Part shown: one piece after another, positions 50,890 through 60,932 of the stretch
How the letters are laid out: each line of letters begins with the position of its first letter
How positions within the stretch are numbered: position 1 is the stretch's first letter
Source of the DNA: an archaeon
Lineage (GTDB): Archaea > Nanobdellota > Nanobdellia > Woesearchaeales > GW2011-AR9
NCBI GenBank assembly: GCA_018697095.1
Contig: JABHSG010000003.1
Coordinates: forward strand, 285,505-349,504
Direction: 5' to 3'
DNA: 64,000 nt
Position numbers and translations under genes: made by a program
Notes under the pieces: model-generated
Told to the model about the DNA's origin: nothing
What the model saw: only the letters and a program-made list of their open reading frames with translations
Database searches by the model: none

Positions 50890-51023
50890 ATTATCTACTT
50901 GTAGTCTCGGACGCCTTAAGAATCTTTTCCTTATTTTTCAGGCAGTTACCGTTAAATTTATAAATAAACTGCTTACCTACTCAGTATTCCATTATCACTA
51001 GCTAAGCTAGGAGGAAATTAATC

Positions 51024-51668
51024 ATGAATCATAAAAAAGCACTCGCTGCAATCAAAGCAGCAAAAGAAGCTCGTAAAGAGCGAAAATTCTCTGAATCCTA
51101 CGATTTAGTAATCAATCTTAAGAACTTAAATGTTAAGTCAAACCCAGTTAAAGTGGCAGTTGTTATGCCTCATACAACTGGACGTAGTATCAAAGTTTGC
51201 GCTTTTGTTGGTCAAGAACTAGCAGAGCAATCAAAAAAATTCTGTGATAAAACAATTACTGATTTCGAATTCGCTAGCTGGAAAGGCAAAATTAAAGAAA
51301 TCAAAAAATTAGCAGAAGAATATGACTTTTTTATCGCTCAAGCAACTGTTATGGCAAAAATGGCAGGTACATTTGGGAAAACTCTTGGTATGAAAGGGAA
51401 AATGCCTAATCCTAAAGCAGGTCAAGTAGTACCTCCAAACGCGAACCTTCAGCAATTAGTTGAACGTCTTGGAAAAACAGTTAGTGTTGTAGCACGTAAA
51501 GCAACCAATTTACAATGTATCGTTGGAAAAGACTCTATGAGTGATGACGAAGTTGCAGAAAACATTGAAACAGTCTACAAGACAGTTGTAAAAGCACTTC
51601 CAAATGAAGAGCAAAATGTCAAAAAAGTCCTACTCAAATTAACAATGGGAAAACCGGTGATTCTATAA
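51024..51668 (+). CDS. rpl1: ribosomal protein uL1
   Basis: Clear uL1 similarity including GKMPNPKAG; AGGAGG RBS upstream. Confidence 0.95.
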   Translation: MNHKKALAAIKAAKEARKERKFSESYDLVINLKNLNVKSNPVKVAVVMPHTTGRSIKVCAFVGQELAEQSKKFCDKTITDFEFASWKGKIKEIKKLAEEYDFFIAQATVMAKMAGTFGKTLGMKGKMPNPKAGQVVPPNANLQQLVERLGKTVSVVARKATNLQCIVGKDSMSDDEVAENIETVYKTVVKALPNEEQNVKKVLLKLTMGKPVIL

Positions 51669-52510
51669 TGCCATCCGAAGCGAAATTAAGCCTAGTTAAA
51701 TCCTTAATCAAGGATATGAAGGAGTTTCCAGTAGTGGCTGTTGTAGATATTGAATCACTTCCTGCACAACAGTTTCAAAAAATGCGTGCAACTCTTAGAA
51801 AAAAAGATGTAAAAATTGTTGTAGCAAGAAAAAAACTTCTAACTTTAGCTCTTAAAGAGGCAAAAAAGCCACAGATGGATCAACTTGAAGCAAAATACAA
51901 ACGTATGCCTGCTTTATTATTTGCAAAATCAAACCCGTTTGCTCTTTATGCAACTATTCAAAAAAACAAATCAGATGCACCTGCAAAAGCTGGAAACATC
52001 GCTCCAAAAGATATCGTAATCAAAGAAGGACCAACTAATTTCGTACCAGGCCCTATTATTTCAGAATTAGCAGCTGTTGGAATTAAAACCAAAGTTGACT
52101 CAGGAAAACTTGCAATCGTTCAAGATGCTGTTGTAGCAAAAGAAGGCGATGAAATTTCCGCAGCATTAGCTAGTATGCTTAAACGTCTTGATGTTAAACC
52201 AATGGAAATTGGTCTTAATCTTGTAGCAGTTTGGGAAGACGGATTTGTTTTCGACGCTAAAACTTTAGCAATCGATGAAGATGAATTCAGAGCAACCATT
52301 GTGCAAGCAGCTCAGTGGGCAACTAACCTTTCAGTTGAAGTGGTTTACCCAACTAAAGATAATGCTAACTTACTAATTCAAAAAGCATTTAGAAACGCAA
52401 AAGCTGCTGCAATTGAAGCTGCTTATCTTTGTGATGATACCAAAGAAAGTATTCTTGCAAAAGCAGATGCTCAGGCAAGCGCAGTTAAAGCAAAGGCTAA
52501 AATGGAATAA
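51668..52510 (+). CDS. rplP0: ribosomal stalk protein uL10 (acidic ribosomal protein P0)
   Basis: 280 aa; start overlaps the uL1 stop (ATAATG); P0 N-terminal domain and Ala-rich C-terminus. Confidence 0.9.
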   Translation: MPSEAKLSLVKSLIKDMKEFPVVAVVDIESLPAQQFQKMRATLRKKDVKIVVARKKLLTLALKEAKKPQMDQLEAKYKRMPALLFAKSNPFALYATIQKNKSDAPAKAGNIAPKDIVIKEGPTNFVPGPIISELAAVGIKTKVDSGKLAIVQDAVVAKEGDEISAALASMLKRLDVKPMEIGLNLVAVWEDGFVFDAKTLAIDEDEFRATIVQAAQWATNLSVEVVYPTKDNANLLIQKAFRNAKAAAIEAAYLCDDTKESILAKADAQASAVKAKAKME

Positions 52511-52613
52511 GTAAGAAAAAGTTTCAAAAATCACAGTTATTAATATAACAACTAAAAAAAACAAAAAAACATAATTCGAAAATACGAAACAAAATATCGT
52601 GAGGAATAATACC

Positions 52614-52919
52614 ATGGAATACGTTTATGCTGCAATGCTACTACATAAAGCAGGCAAAGAAGTAAAAGAAGATACAATTAAAGCAGTTTTAACAGCTGCT
52701 GGTGTAACAATTGATGAAGCACGAGTAAAAGCTCTTGTGGCTGCTCTAGATGGAGTAGACATTGAAGAAGCAATTAAAAGTGCTGCTGTAGCCGCTCCTG
52801 TAGCTGCTGCACCTGCAGCCGCTCCTGCTGCAGAAGAGAAAAAAGAAGAAAAGAAAGAAGAAGATAACAAAAAAGCCGATGAAGCAGCAGCTGCTGGTCT
52901 TGGCGCACTCTTCGGATAA
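52614..52919 (+). CDS. rpl12: ribosomal stalk protein P1 (archaeal L12)
   Basis: [17 protein letters not shown]-terminus, Ala/Pro hinge, acidic [14 protein letters not shown], and C-terminal GLGALFG. Confidence 0.9.
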   Translation: MEYVYAAMLLHKAGKEVKEDTIKAVLTAAGVTIDEARVKALVAALDGVDIEEAIKSAAVAAPVAAAPAAAPAAEEKKEEKKEEDNKKADEAAAAGLGALFG

Positions 52920-52950
52920 ATTTTCTTTTATCTTTAATTTTTTATTTTCA

Positions 52951-52967
52951 TTTTTTTTTTTTTTTTT
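52951..52967 (+). terminator. 17-nt oligo-T tract after the L1-P0-P1 operon
   Basis: Uninterrupted T run about 30 nt after the P1 stop, fitting an archaeal oligo-T terminator. Confidence 0.55.
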
Positions 52968-53016
52968 AAGTGAAAATAATGTGGATATGTCAAATATAAT
53001 AAGAAGTGATCTTTAA

Positions 53017-53973
53017 GTGGAAGAAAAAAATACTGATTCTAAAAATACATCTTCAGAGACTAACTCGCACTCTAAAGATCCTACTGCTCTGCGTTCAGAA
53101 CTTCGCGAATTACAATCACAATCATCTATTCTAAAAAAAGATTTATCTGCTTTGAATAAAAGTAAAGAAGAAGCTTACCGTGCTCTTAGGTCTTTAAAAG
53201 ATAAAATGAAAGCACGTAATCAAAAAATTCAAGATCTAAAAACAAAACGTAACGAGTTTTCAACTAAAGTAAAAGAAAACAAAGTTCAAAGAGACACATT
53301 AAACACTACTGTTAGAAAAACAGGTTCTCAAGTTCAAGATGTTAAAGATAAGTTTGGTGAAGACTCTCTTAAAACAGCACGTTCAAGTTCACATTCAAGT
53401 TCACGTGGGTATCAAAGAAGAAATAAAGAAAAGACTGCTCCTCAAATTAAAAAAGAGATAGAAGACTTAGAAACAAAAATTGAAACTGAGCCTATGCCTT
53501 TCTATAAAGAAAAAGAAATCAGAAAAACCATCAAAGAATTAGCATCAAAACTCAAAAAAATGCAAGTAAAAGTAACTGCGCAAGCAGTAGCTGGTGTTGC
53601 AGTAAAAGAGCATCATCATGCTCGTAAAAAAGCCCAAGTAGCTCATCAAAAAGTACAAGAGTTTGCAAAGTTAAGTCAAGAAAAACATGAAGAAATTAAT
53701 CTTGCACTAAGCGAAGTAAAAAACTTTCGTAAAGAAAAAGATAATTCTGCAAAAACTTATGGCGAACATAAAGATCAGTGGCAAGGCAAAAAAGAAGAGT
53801 TAGACAAGATTCAATTAAGAATTAAGGAATTAAAAGAAGCTCTTGGTGAAAAAAGTCAAGCAAATTTCAAGGAGCAATTAAAAGAACGTGCATCTGCAGC
53901 CCGCCAAAAATTAAAAACCGGTGGTAAACTAACTGTAGAAGACTTGTTAGCAATGCAAGCTTTAGATCCTTAA
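53017..53973 (+). CDS. Lys-rich coiled-coil protein of unknown function (GTG start)
   Basis: 318 aa with heptad-like charged repeats throughout; no catalytic motif. Confidence 0.5.
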   Translation: MEEKNTDSKNTSSETNSHSKDPTALRSELRELQSQSSILKKDLSALNKSKEEAYRALRSLKDKMKARNQKIQDLKTKRNEFSTKVKENKVQRDTLNTTVRKTGSQVQDVKDKFGEDSLKTARSSSHSSSRGYQRRNKEKTAPQIKKEIEDLETKIETEPMPFYKEKEIRKTIKELASKLKKMQVKVTAQAVAGVAVKEHHHARKKAQVAHQKVQEFAKLSQEKHEEINLALSEVKNFRKEKDNSAKTYGEHKDQWQGKKEELDKIQLRIKELKEALGEKSQANFKEQLKERASAARQKLKTGGKLTVEDLLAMQALDP

Positions 53974-54029
53974 GTTTTAAAATTTTCTTAAACTATTTTT
54001 TTAACACCTTTCAAAAATAACAATTATTC

Positions 54030-54578
54030 TCACAAGGCATCAAGCAAATCAGCTTTACTCACAAGTCCCACAATATCTCCTTTTTGCGAAACAAGTACGA
54101 TAGAATATTCTTTGAGCATTTCAACAATCATTTTCTGTCCAGTATTTATTGTCACAATCGGTGGGCATTCATCCATTACATCTTCAGCTTTCTTACTTCC
54201 AATGCTTGCTCCAAATTTTCCAATTGCTTCAAGAACTGCTCGCTCACTTACGACTCCTAAAACTCTAGATTTTTCGAGAACTGGGACTTGGGAGATCCCC
54301 TTCTTCTTCATCACACTTACTACATCAAGTAATTTATCACGCGCAGCGCAAAATACTACTTTTTTATTCATCAGTTGCTTTGCCTTTTTTTCATGTTTAC
54401 CATTCAATTCTTCAAGTGCTACAAATATTGCTTTGGCCTTACTAAAACTTGGTTCCAAATCACCTTTCTCTACTTTAGCAATCAGTGACTGCGAAACTCC
54501 TGAGGCCTCAGCCAATTCTTTTTGACTAAGTCCATAACGCCGACGCAAACTACGAATTTGTGATAAATCTTCTATCAT
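54030..54578 (-). CDS. XRE-type HTH plus CBS-pair domain regulator
   Basis: N-terminal HTH (YGLSQKELAEASGVSQSLIAKVEKG) followed by two CBS motifs. Confidence 0.8.
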   Translation of the reverse strand: MIEDLSQIRSLRRRYGLSQKELAEASGVSQSLIAKVEKGDLEPSFSKAKAIFVALEELNGKHEKKAKQLMNKKVVFCAARDKLLDVVSVMKKKGISQVPVLEKSRVLGVVSERAVLEAIGKFGASIGSKKAEDVMDECPPIVTINTGQKMIVEMLKEYSIVLVSQKGDIVGLVSKADLLDAL

Positions 54579-54697
54579 GTTACTACCAAAACGTCCTGTA
54601 TTTAATAATATTTCGCAAATAGGATTATTCGTATGGGAATATTCTAATCAAGAGCCTTTATAATGAAACAAGCTAAAAAACGCCTAAGTACAGTTCA

Positions 54698-54743
<46 letters not shown>

Positions 54744-54763
54744 AATAAACAGAGGCAATAACA

Positions 54764-55981
54764 ATGGCAAGAAAACAATTATTTACAAGTGAAAGTGTTA
54801 GTGAAGGACATCCAGATAAAATCTGTGATCAAATTAGTGATGCAATCTTAGATGAGATGCTTCGTCAGGACCCAGAATCCCGTGTAGCTGTTGAAACATT
54901 CACTAAAACTGGTTTTGTAGTAGTGGGTGGAGAAGTAACAACCAAAAGTTATGTTGACATTCAAAAAATAGTACGTGAAACAATTCTAGAGATCGGTTAC
55001 AACAAACCAGACTTTGGTTTTGAAGGTTCTACTTGTGGAGTACTTTCTGCAATTTCTGAGCAATCTCCAGACATCGCTCAAGGTGTTAACGAAGGCGAAG
55101 GTTTGCATGAAGAACAAGGAGCAGGAGATCAAGGTATGATGTTTGGTTATGCAACAAATGAAACACCAGAATTAATGCCACTTCCAATTACACTAGCACA
55201 CAAACTTACAGCGCGTCTAGCTTCAGCAAGAAAACGCGGGGAAATTTGGTATCTTCGCCCAGACGCTAAGGCTCAAGTAACTGTAGAGTATCTAGATGAC
55301 AAACCGGTACGCGTTGACACTGTTGTTTTATCAACTCAGCATCATCCTGACGTAGACTTAGAAACAATTCGTCGTGATATGGTTGAAAAAATCATTAAAC
55401 CAATTTGTGGATCATGGATTGATGATTCTACAAAATATTTTGTAAACCCAACTGGTAAATTCGTTATTGGTGGGCCAGTTGGAGATGCAGGTCTTACTGG
55501 ACGTAAAATTATTGTAGACACTTATGGTGGAATGGGTCGTCATGGTGGAGGAGCATTTTCTGGAAAAGATCCAAGTAAGGTTGATCGAAGTGCTGCTTAC
55601 GCAGCAAGGCACATTGCAAAAAATATTGTGGCAGCTGGCCTTGCGCAAAGATGTGAAGTCCAATTAGCTTACGCAATTGGTGTTGCTCAACCTGTATCAG
55701 TTCATATAGATTGTTTTGGAACTAGTACTATCTCTGAAGAAAAGATCAGTGAACTTGTATTAAAACATTTCAGCTTAACTCCAAAAGGAATTATTGATGG
55801 ATTAAATCTTAAAAGACCAATTTACAAAAAGACTGCAAGCTATGGTCATTTTGGTCGAAGTGATCCTGATTTTACTTGGGAAAAAACAGACAAAGCTGAT
55901 ATTTTGCGGCAAGGGGCAGCTAGTTTTCAAACACCAAGCGCAGAACCAATCAGCCAAGCACCAGAGCAACACAGTTTCTAG
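54764..55981 (+). CDS. metK: S-adenosylmethionine synthetase, bacterial/eukaryal (MetK) type
   Basis: [22 protein letters not shown]-terminus (GHPDK) and [19 protein letters not shown]; not the archaeal MAT family. Confidence 0.95.
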   Translation: MARKQLFTSESVSEGHPDKICDQISDAILDEMLRQDPESRVAVETFTKTGFVVVGGEVTTKSYVDIQKIVRETILEIGYNKPDFGFEGSTCGVLSAISEQSPDIAQGVNEGEGLHEEQGAGDQGMMFGYATNETPELMPLPITLAHKLTARLASARKRGEIWYLRPDAKAQVTVEYLDDKPVRVDTVVLSTQHHPDVDLETIRRDMVEKIIKPICGSWIDDSTKYFVNPTGKFVIGGPVGDAGLTGRKIIVDTYGGMGRHGGGAFSGKDPSKVDRSAAYAARHIAKNIVAAGLAQRCEVQLAYAIGVAQPVSVHIDCFGTSTISEEKISELVLKHFSLTPKGIIDGLNLKRPIYKKTASYGHFGRSDPDFTWEKTDKADILRQGAASFQTPSAEPISQAPEQHSF

Positions 55982-56041
55982 AAACTAAAATTTCATTATT
56001 TTTTTATTTTTATTTTTTCCAATTATTGACTCTTCCATAAA

Positions 56042-56803
56042 ATGTATACTTCAATTGATCCAAATGAACTTCAAAGTTTAGGAAAAGGTACTAGGGTTGT
56101 TTTAGATACTTCTTGGGCTATGGCTTATGTAGGTAGTGTAAATCCAAACAGGTATTGTGGAGGGAATTTCACTGCACCTCCGAAGGTTATTGCAGAATGT
56201 ATAGATCAAGGTATATCTCCTAGATTCCTTGAAGATGTTAGAAAAGTATCAATCTCTTATGATGGGCAGTCAGTTAAGCGTGAAAGAAAAATCATAAGGT
56301 CATTAGAAAGACATAGTGCAAAATATCTTGCTTATTCAGCTGCTTTAGATTGTGTTGAAGAATTTTTATATTTTGCAAGACGTGTTAATCAAAAAGGATT
56401 TCTTACATTAAAATCTGTTCAAAAAGAAGATCCAAGATGGCTTGGGAAAGAACAACGTTATGTTAGAAAATATTTTGATTTTGCATGTGAACGGCAAAAA
56501 CAAAGTAGTAAAGAACATTTGATTCGTCATGGAATGATTCATAGTTATGCTTCTTCTCCATTATATTTTAATGATCTTAAAAGAAAATTTATTGCAAGAG
56601 ATTTTGGAAGTGGTGGTGAAGAGCAAGCAAAATATTTTTTAACAAAACAAAGAAAATTAAGTGAGGCAGATCTTTCTGTTCTTTTAATAGCGGGAATCAT
56701 TGGTACAAACCCAGTTATTGCAACAAGCGACCATCAAATCATTGAAATTGCGGACCTTAGACGCAGGGTTTCTTCAAATTATTTAGAATCAATAGTTGAT
56801 TAA
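56042..56803 (+). CDS. uncharacterized protein with PIN-like terminal motifs (paralog A)
   Basis: N-terminal TRVVLDTSWAM and C-terminal IATSDHQIIEIADLRRR resemble PIN first and fourth acidic motifs; paralogous to the next gene. Confidence 0.45.
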   Translation: MYTSIDPNELQSLGKGTRVVLDTSWAMAYVGSVNPNRYCGGNFTAPPKVIAECIDQGISPRFLEDVRKVSISYDGQSVKRERKIIRSLERHSAKYLAYSAALDCVEEFLYFARRVNQKGFLTLKSVQKEDPRWLGKEQRYVRKYFDFACERQKQSSKEHLIRHGMIHSYASSPLYFNDLKRKFIARDFGSGGEEQAKYFLTKQRKLSEADLSVLLIAGIIGTNPVIATSDHQIIEIADLRRRVSSNYLESIVD

Positions 56804-56882
56804 CTCATAAAATCATGTCCTAAGCCATAATTAAGTGAAAATTTGTCATAATCTTTATATCTAAATGCTTTAAAAAGACTAA

Positions 56883-57794
56883 ATGTACAGTAGATTTAAT
56901 GGAAACAGTGCTATCAGAAATGTTTATACTAAAAAACCCAATGGGTCACCTGGGTCTACAAAACATGTAGTTTTAGATTCTTGCGTTTTAATAGGTAGTA
57001 ATATTAACTGGGTTTCAAATAAATTATCTTCTAAGAGTTTGTATGTAATTAATGGGGTGCGTGAAGAAGTAACTGTTCCTGATAATCTGGGAATAACTGA
57101 TTTTGATGCTGACCATGGTGTTTCAGAAAGAGTAAGATTAGAAAACGAAGTTCTAAAGGCCATCTCCTATGGTCTTGGTAAAACATTATTTCATCGTGCT
57201 GCCTTGCCATATCTTGATGAAATTGCTCCAATCATCTCAGGGATTTGTAATTCAGAAAAAAATATGGGTGGTAGGTTGCACGGGAGATTATTGTCTGCAA
57301 TTATAAGTCCAAATTCTGAACCAGGATTTGAAAGAAAGTATCATTCTGAATTCGCTTCATTAAGAGGAATTGTGGGACAAATAAAACAAAATGCCACTGA
57401 GTTTAAAGCAAAATTAAAAGGTCCATTTTGTGATCTTCTTGGGCTAAAACCATTTAAGTATGATCAGCACATGAGACAAATTAGAACTTTCGATCCTTCA
57501 TCTCTTTTTGAGACATTAATTACTTATGGTACATTAAGAGATTTTGATCTAGCAAAAGAAGTTTATCGAACTAAAAAAGGCTCTACTAGGTCAACAGATA
57601 GAAAAAATGTATTAGCAGCAGAAATGTTAGTACACACTACTGATTCTAAAGTTAATGTTTTATCAATAGATAAAGATATTCCTGAGATTGTGGATTTAAG
57701 AAAAAAATGCAGGATTGACTATGGCAGATTTGGAAGAAAAATAGCTGAGAGTTCTGTACGTGAAAGATTGGAAGAAGTTCTTAGGGCAGCATAG
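56883..57794 (+). CDS. uncharacterized protein with PIN-like terminal motifs (paralog B)
   Basis: N-terminal KHVVLDSCVLIGS and C-terminal LSIDKDIPEIVDLRKK; shares termini with 56042..56803. Confidence 0.45.
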   Translation: MYSRFNGNSAIRNVYTKKPNGSPGSTKHVVLDSCVLIGSNINWVSNKLSSKSLYVINGVREEVTVPDNLGITDFDADHGVSERVRLENEVLKAISYGLGKTLFHRAALPYLDEIAPIISGICNSEKNMGGRLHGRLLSAIISPNSEPGFERKYHSEFASLRGIVGQIKQNATEFKAKLKGPFCDLLGLKPFKYDQHMRQIRTFDPSSLFETLITYGTLRDFDLAKEVYRTKKGSTRSTDRKNVLAAEMLVHTTDSKVNVLSIDKDIPEIVDLRKKCRIDYGRFGRKIAESSVRERLEEVLRAA

Positions 57795-57903
57795 TTTATT
57801 CTAATATTTTAAAAAAAAAGTTTAACTGGTCTCAAATCTATTCTGATCTTTATCTTTTCATAACCAAAAGATATAAAACTAGTAAATCTTCAAAAATATA
57901 ATC

Positions 57904-58569
57904 ATGAAATACTCAGCAGCATTAACTAATATAGTAGCAGGAGCAGTTCTAGCAGCAACTCTAGCACCAAGTACTTCTATTGCTGGTGATGAATATCATA
58001 CAAACCCTTGTACTAATGGATACACTATTGTAACTTCTCAAGATGTCGTTGCTGCATATGATGCTGGAAAAAAAGAATTTTCTTGTATCAAGTTCGCAGA
58101 TACACACACGACATTTCAAAGATCTTTTAGTGGAAAAGATTTGTCAGGAATTAGACTTACAAATGTTTCTTTGCCAGGAGTAACTTTTGAAGAAGCAAAC
58201 CTTTCAGGTGGATATCTACAAGGAGATTTTGGCGCAACAACAAATGATACCTCTTTTCATGGAGCTAATCTTTCTGGTGCAACAGTTAAAGGGAATCTTA
58301 ATTTTGCAGATTTATCTAATACGAATTTAACTGGTACAAATTTAATTTATTCTAATTTAACTCACGCTGATTTAACTGATGCAACTGTGTCTTATGGCAC
58401 TAGGCTTCCAGCAGCTATGCTTTGCGTTAAATTAACCGGCATTAGGGGACTCAGGCCTCAAAGGGAAAGAAGAAATAATCCTCCAAAAAGAATAGAAACA
58501 GCATTAAGTGGAGTTACATGCCCAACAGGAATTCTAGTCCCTAGGACTCTTGAAGATACAGTACAATAA
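57904..58569 (+). CDS. secreted pentapeptide-repeat protein
   Basis: Signal peptide MKYSAALTNIVAGAVLAATLAPSTSIAG; tandem A(D/N)LxG-type pentapeptide repeats (ANLSGGYLQGDFGATT...ADLSNTNLTGTNLIYSNLTHADLTDATV). Confidence 0.7.
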   Translation: MKYSAALTNIVAGAVLAATLAPSTSIAGDEYHTNPCTNGYTIVTSQDVVAAYDAGKKEFSCIKFADTHTTFQRSFSGKDLSGIRLTNVSLPGVTFEEANLSGGYLQGDFGATTNDTSFHGANLSGATVKGNLNFADLSNTNLTGTNLIYSNLTHADLTDATVSYGTRLPAAMLCVKLTGIRGLRPQRERRNNPPKRIETALSGVTCPTGILVPRTLEDTVQ

Positions 58570-58594
58570 TAACTTTCTAGAAAAAAATATTTAT

Positions 58595-59086
58595 TCACTG
58601 CTGATTTTCTTTTTTCATCTTGTCATGTTCACGAAGCCACATTAAACCAACTTTAATCATAACTTTATTGAACCGATCTGAAACGCGATATGTTTTTTTA
58701 TACATATCATAATCAATTAAACCTAAACTTTTCATTGGAGTTAATATCCGATCATAAAACTGACGCCTATTATACGAAACTCGTTGTTCTTTACTCATTG
58801 GCCCTCTTGCTTCAGATAGAACTACTTTTCCTTCATGCAAATTTGTTGCAAATAGGCTCATTTCAGTTTTGCCAATTTCTCCTTCATTTGCCATCATGTG
58901 CTTTAGAAGGAGTTTACCTACAATCTCTTGCTGTTCTGTTGCAAAGATTACTTTGTAGATATCTTCGGGCATATTGTATAGATCAAAGAGGATAACCATA
59001 CATAAATAATAGAAAAACGCTATATAAATGTTACCTAATCGTATACTAAACTGGCCTAAGGTGACATGATAGTCAAAATAAACCAC
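58595..59086 (-). CDS. hypothetical protein (true start possibly the internal MPEDIYK near 58972)
   Basis: ORF only; no motif. Confidence 0.4.
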   Translation of the reverse strand: MVYFDYHVTLGQFSIRLGNIYIAFFYYLCMVILFDLYNMPEDIYKVIFATEQQEIVGKLLLKHMMANEGEIGKTEMSLFATNLHEGKVVLSEARGPMSKEQRVSYNRRQFYDRILTPMKSLGLIDYDMYKKTYRVSDRFNKVMIKVGLMWLREHDKMKKENQQ

Positions 59087-59095
59087 TAAGAAGTC

Positions 59096-59425
59096 TCAAA
59101 TCAACCAAGCATCTGGCCTATTATATTGTAATACAAGGTCAAGATTTTCAGGTTCAACAGGGCAATAATGCATATGGCTATCTGGATTATTGTCTGGGCA
59201 CCCTTCAACATAGGGTTCTGGTGCTCCTTCACAAATACCTTCAGGATCATATGATCTAAATTCTGTCACTGGCCCACATTCGAATGCTGGTCTAAACTGT
59301 TCTGCATCACTATAACAAGCAGGAAGTCCCAAAGAAAAAACCACTCCTCTAACTAATCTGTCTATGCTCATACTACTTTTCATAACCGAATTATTATAAA
59401 GCTGCTGACAAATAATACAACACAT
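59096..59425 (-). CDS. small Cys/Pro-rich hypothetical protein (true start probably internal, about 59383)
   Basis: The ORF's first codon overlaps the divergent radical-SAM start, so an internal Met (MKSSMSIDRL) is more plausible; 6 Cys. Confidence 0.35.
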   Translation of the reverse strand: MCCIICQQLYNNSVMKSSMSIDRLVRGVVFSLGLPACYSDAEQFRPAFECGPVTEFRSYDPEGICEGAPEPYVEGCPDNNPDSHMHYCPVEPENLDLVLQYNRPDAWLI

Positions 59426-60932
59426 GCATTATACTATCCTTGACTGTTATACTGATGAAGCATCAGGCCTAGGTGTTCCACCATACTTAGGGACCTATCC
59501 AAGATACCTTTACGCAAAACTCAAACATGATTATCCTAAAGCTACAATCTCATATCTAACTATCGATGACCTAAGACTTTGGAAAAAATACAAAGGTAAA
59601 ATCAAACCAACAACTACTAAAGATACAACTAATCTGAAAATATACAACTTAACAAATAACAGCGCAAAAGAAATAATTAAATCTACAAATAAATTGTTCA
59701 TCGTTTTAGGAGTTCACGTTCCAGGAAAATACCTAAGTGCACTCCCAGGTACAATCAAAGAACTTCTTCCATTAATTAAAGATATTAGAAAAACAAAAGT
59801 ACTAACAGGTCCAGCAATTTACGGAACCCAACTAGAAGGTGGAAAGTTTGCCGAAATTCTCTCTTCAAAACAGCAAGGCCAATTAAATATTCAATTAGAA
59901 GAATATAATCAATCTTTTGAAGAGTTAGCTACATACGCACATCTTGGTGCAGAATTACTAACTCAAATCCCTCAGCGTAGAATTATTGAAATTGAAACTG
60001 GACGTGGTTGCAAAGTTGGTAAATGTTCATTTTGTACAGAACCACTAAAATCAAGATTTCAAAACAGACCAAATGAAGACATTCTAAAAGAAGTGAAGGC
60101 GTACTACGAAGCTGGAGCTAGGTTCTTCAGACTTGGAAAACAAGCGGATTTTTACGCTAGTGAAGACCCAATCAACTTACTCAAAGAAATAAATAAACAT
60201 TGTCCTGATTTAGAAATGCTGCACATTGATAATGTTAATCCAAATAGTGTGGTCGCTGATAAAGATCACGCCATTACAAAAGCCATTGTAAAATACTGCA
60301 CAGAAGGAAACATCGCAGCTTTTGGTGTAGAATCATTCGACCCAGATGTAGTTAAAGCAAATCTTCTAAATACACATCCAATTATTGCACGTAAAGCAAT
60401 TGAAATAATTAACCAGTATGGGGCAGTTCGAGGCAAGAATGGGCTTCACAAATATCTCCCAGGAATCAATATCATCTTCGGTCTTCTAAAAGAAACAAAG
60501 ACTTCCCATAAACTCAACATAGCGGCCCTCCAAAAATGTTTAGATAATAACTTACTCTTACGACGAATCAACGTACGTCAAGTTGCGGTTCTGCCTGATA
60601 CCTTTCTAGAAAAACATGGTGGTAACAAGTACTTACGAAAAAACAAACACCTTTATTGGAAATGGAGAAACCAAATTCGTCAAGAGATTGATTCACCAAT
60701 GCTAAAACGTTTATTTCCAATTGGAACAATTCTAACAGATGTCTACACTGAGATTTATGATGGGTACACAACCTTTGGAAGGCAAATGGGGACTTATCCT
60801 ATTGTTATCGGTATTCCTCACAAGGACAAAGAAACAGGCAAACCCAAAAGAATTCCTCTAAACAAAAAAATAAAAGTAAGAATCACAGCTCATATGCTTA
60901 GGTCAATCACCGCAGAATTAGTGGAAGAATAG
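59424..60932 (+). CDS. radical-SAM-like Fe-S enzyme with non-canonical Cx4Cx2C cluster motif
   Basis: IEIETGRGCKVGKCSFCTEP lies where radical SAM enzymes carry CxxxCxxC; a GGE-like region sits downstream; 502 aa. Confidence 0.55.
   Translation: MHYTILDCYTDEASGLGVPPYLGTYPRYLYAKLKHDYPKATISYLTIDDLRLWKKYKGKIKPTTTKDTTNLKIYNLTNNSAKEIIKSTNKLFIVLGVHVPGKYLSALPGTIKELLPLIKDIRKTKVLTGPAIYGTQLEGGKFAEILSSKQQGQLNIQLEEYNQSFEELATYAHLGAELLTQIPQRRIIEIETGRGCKVGKCSFCTEPLKSRFQNRPNEDILKEVKAYYEAGARFFRLGKQADFYASEDPINLLKEINKHCPDLEMLHIDNVNPNSVVADKDHAITKAIVKYCTEGNIAAFGVESFDPDVVKANLLNTHPIIARKAIEIINQYGAVRGKNGLHKYLPGINIIFGLLKETKTSHKLNIAALQKCLDNNLLLRRINVRQVAVLPDTFLEKHGGNKYLRKNKHLYWKWRNQIRQEIDSPMLKRLFPIGTILTDVYTEIYDGYTTFGRQMGTYPIVIGIPHKDKETGKPKRIPLNKKIKVRITAHMLRSITAELVEE

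Noticed and set aside
59096-59140. Lipobox-like LGLPAC in ORF 59096..59425
   Set aside because: Pro at position -2 is atypical for a lipobox, and archaeal lipoprotein processing differs. It is treated as a generic Cys-rich small protein.
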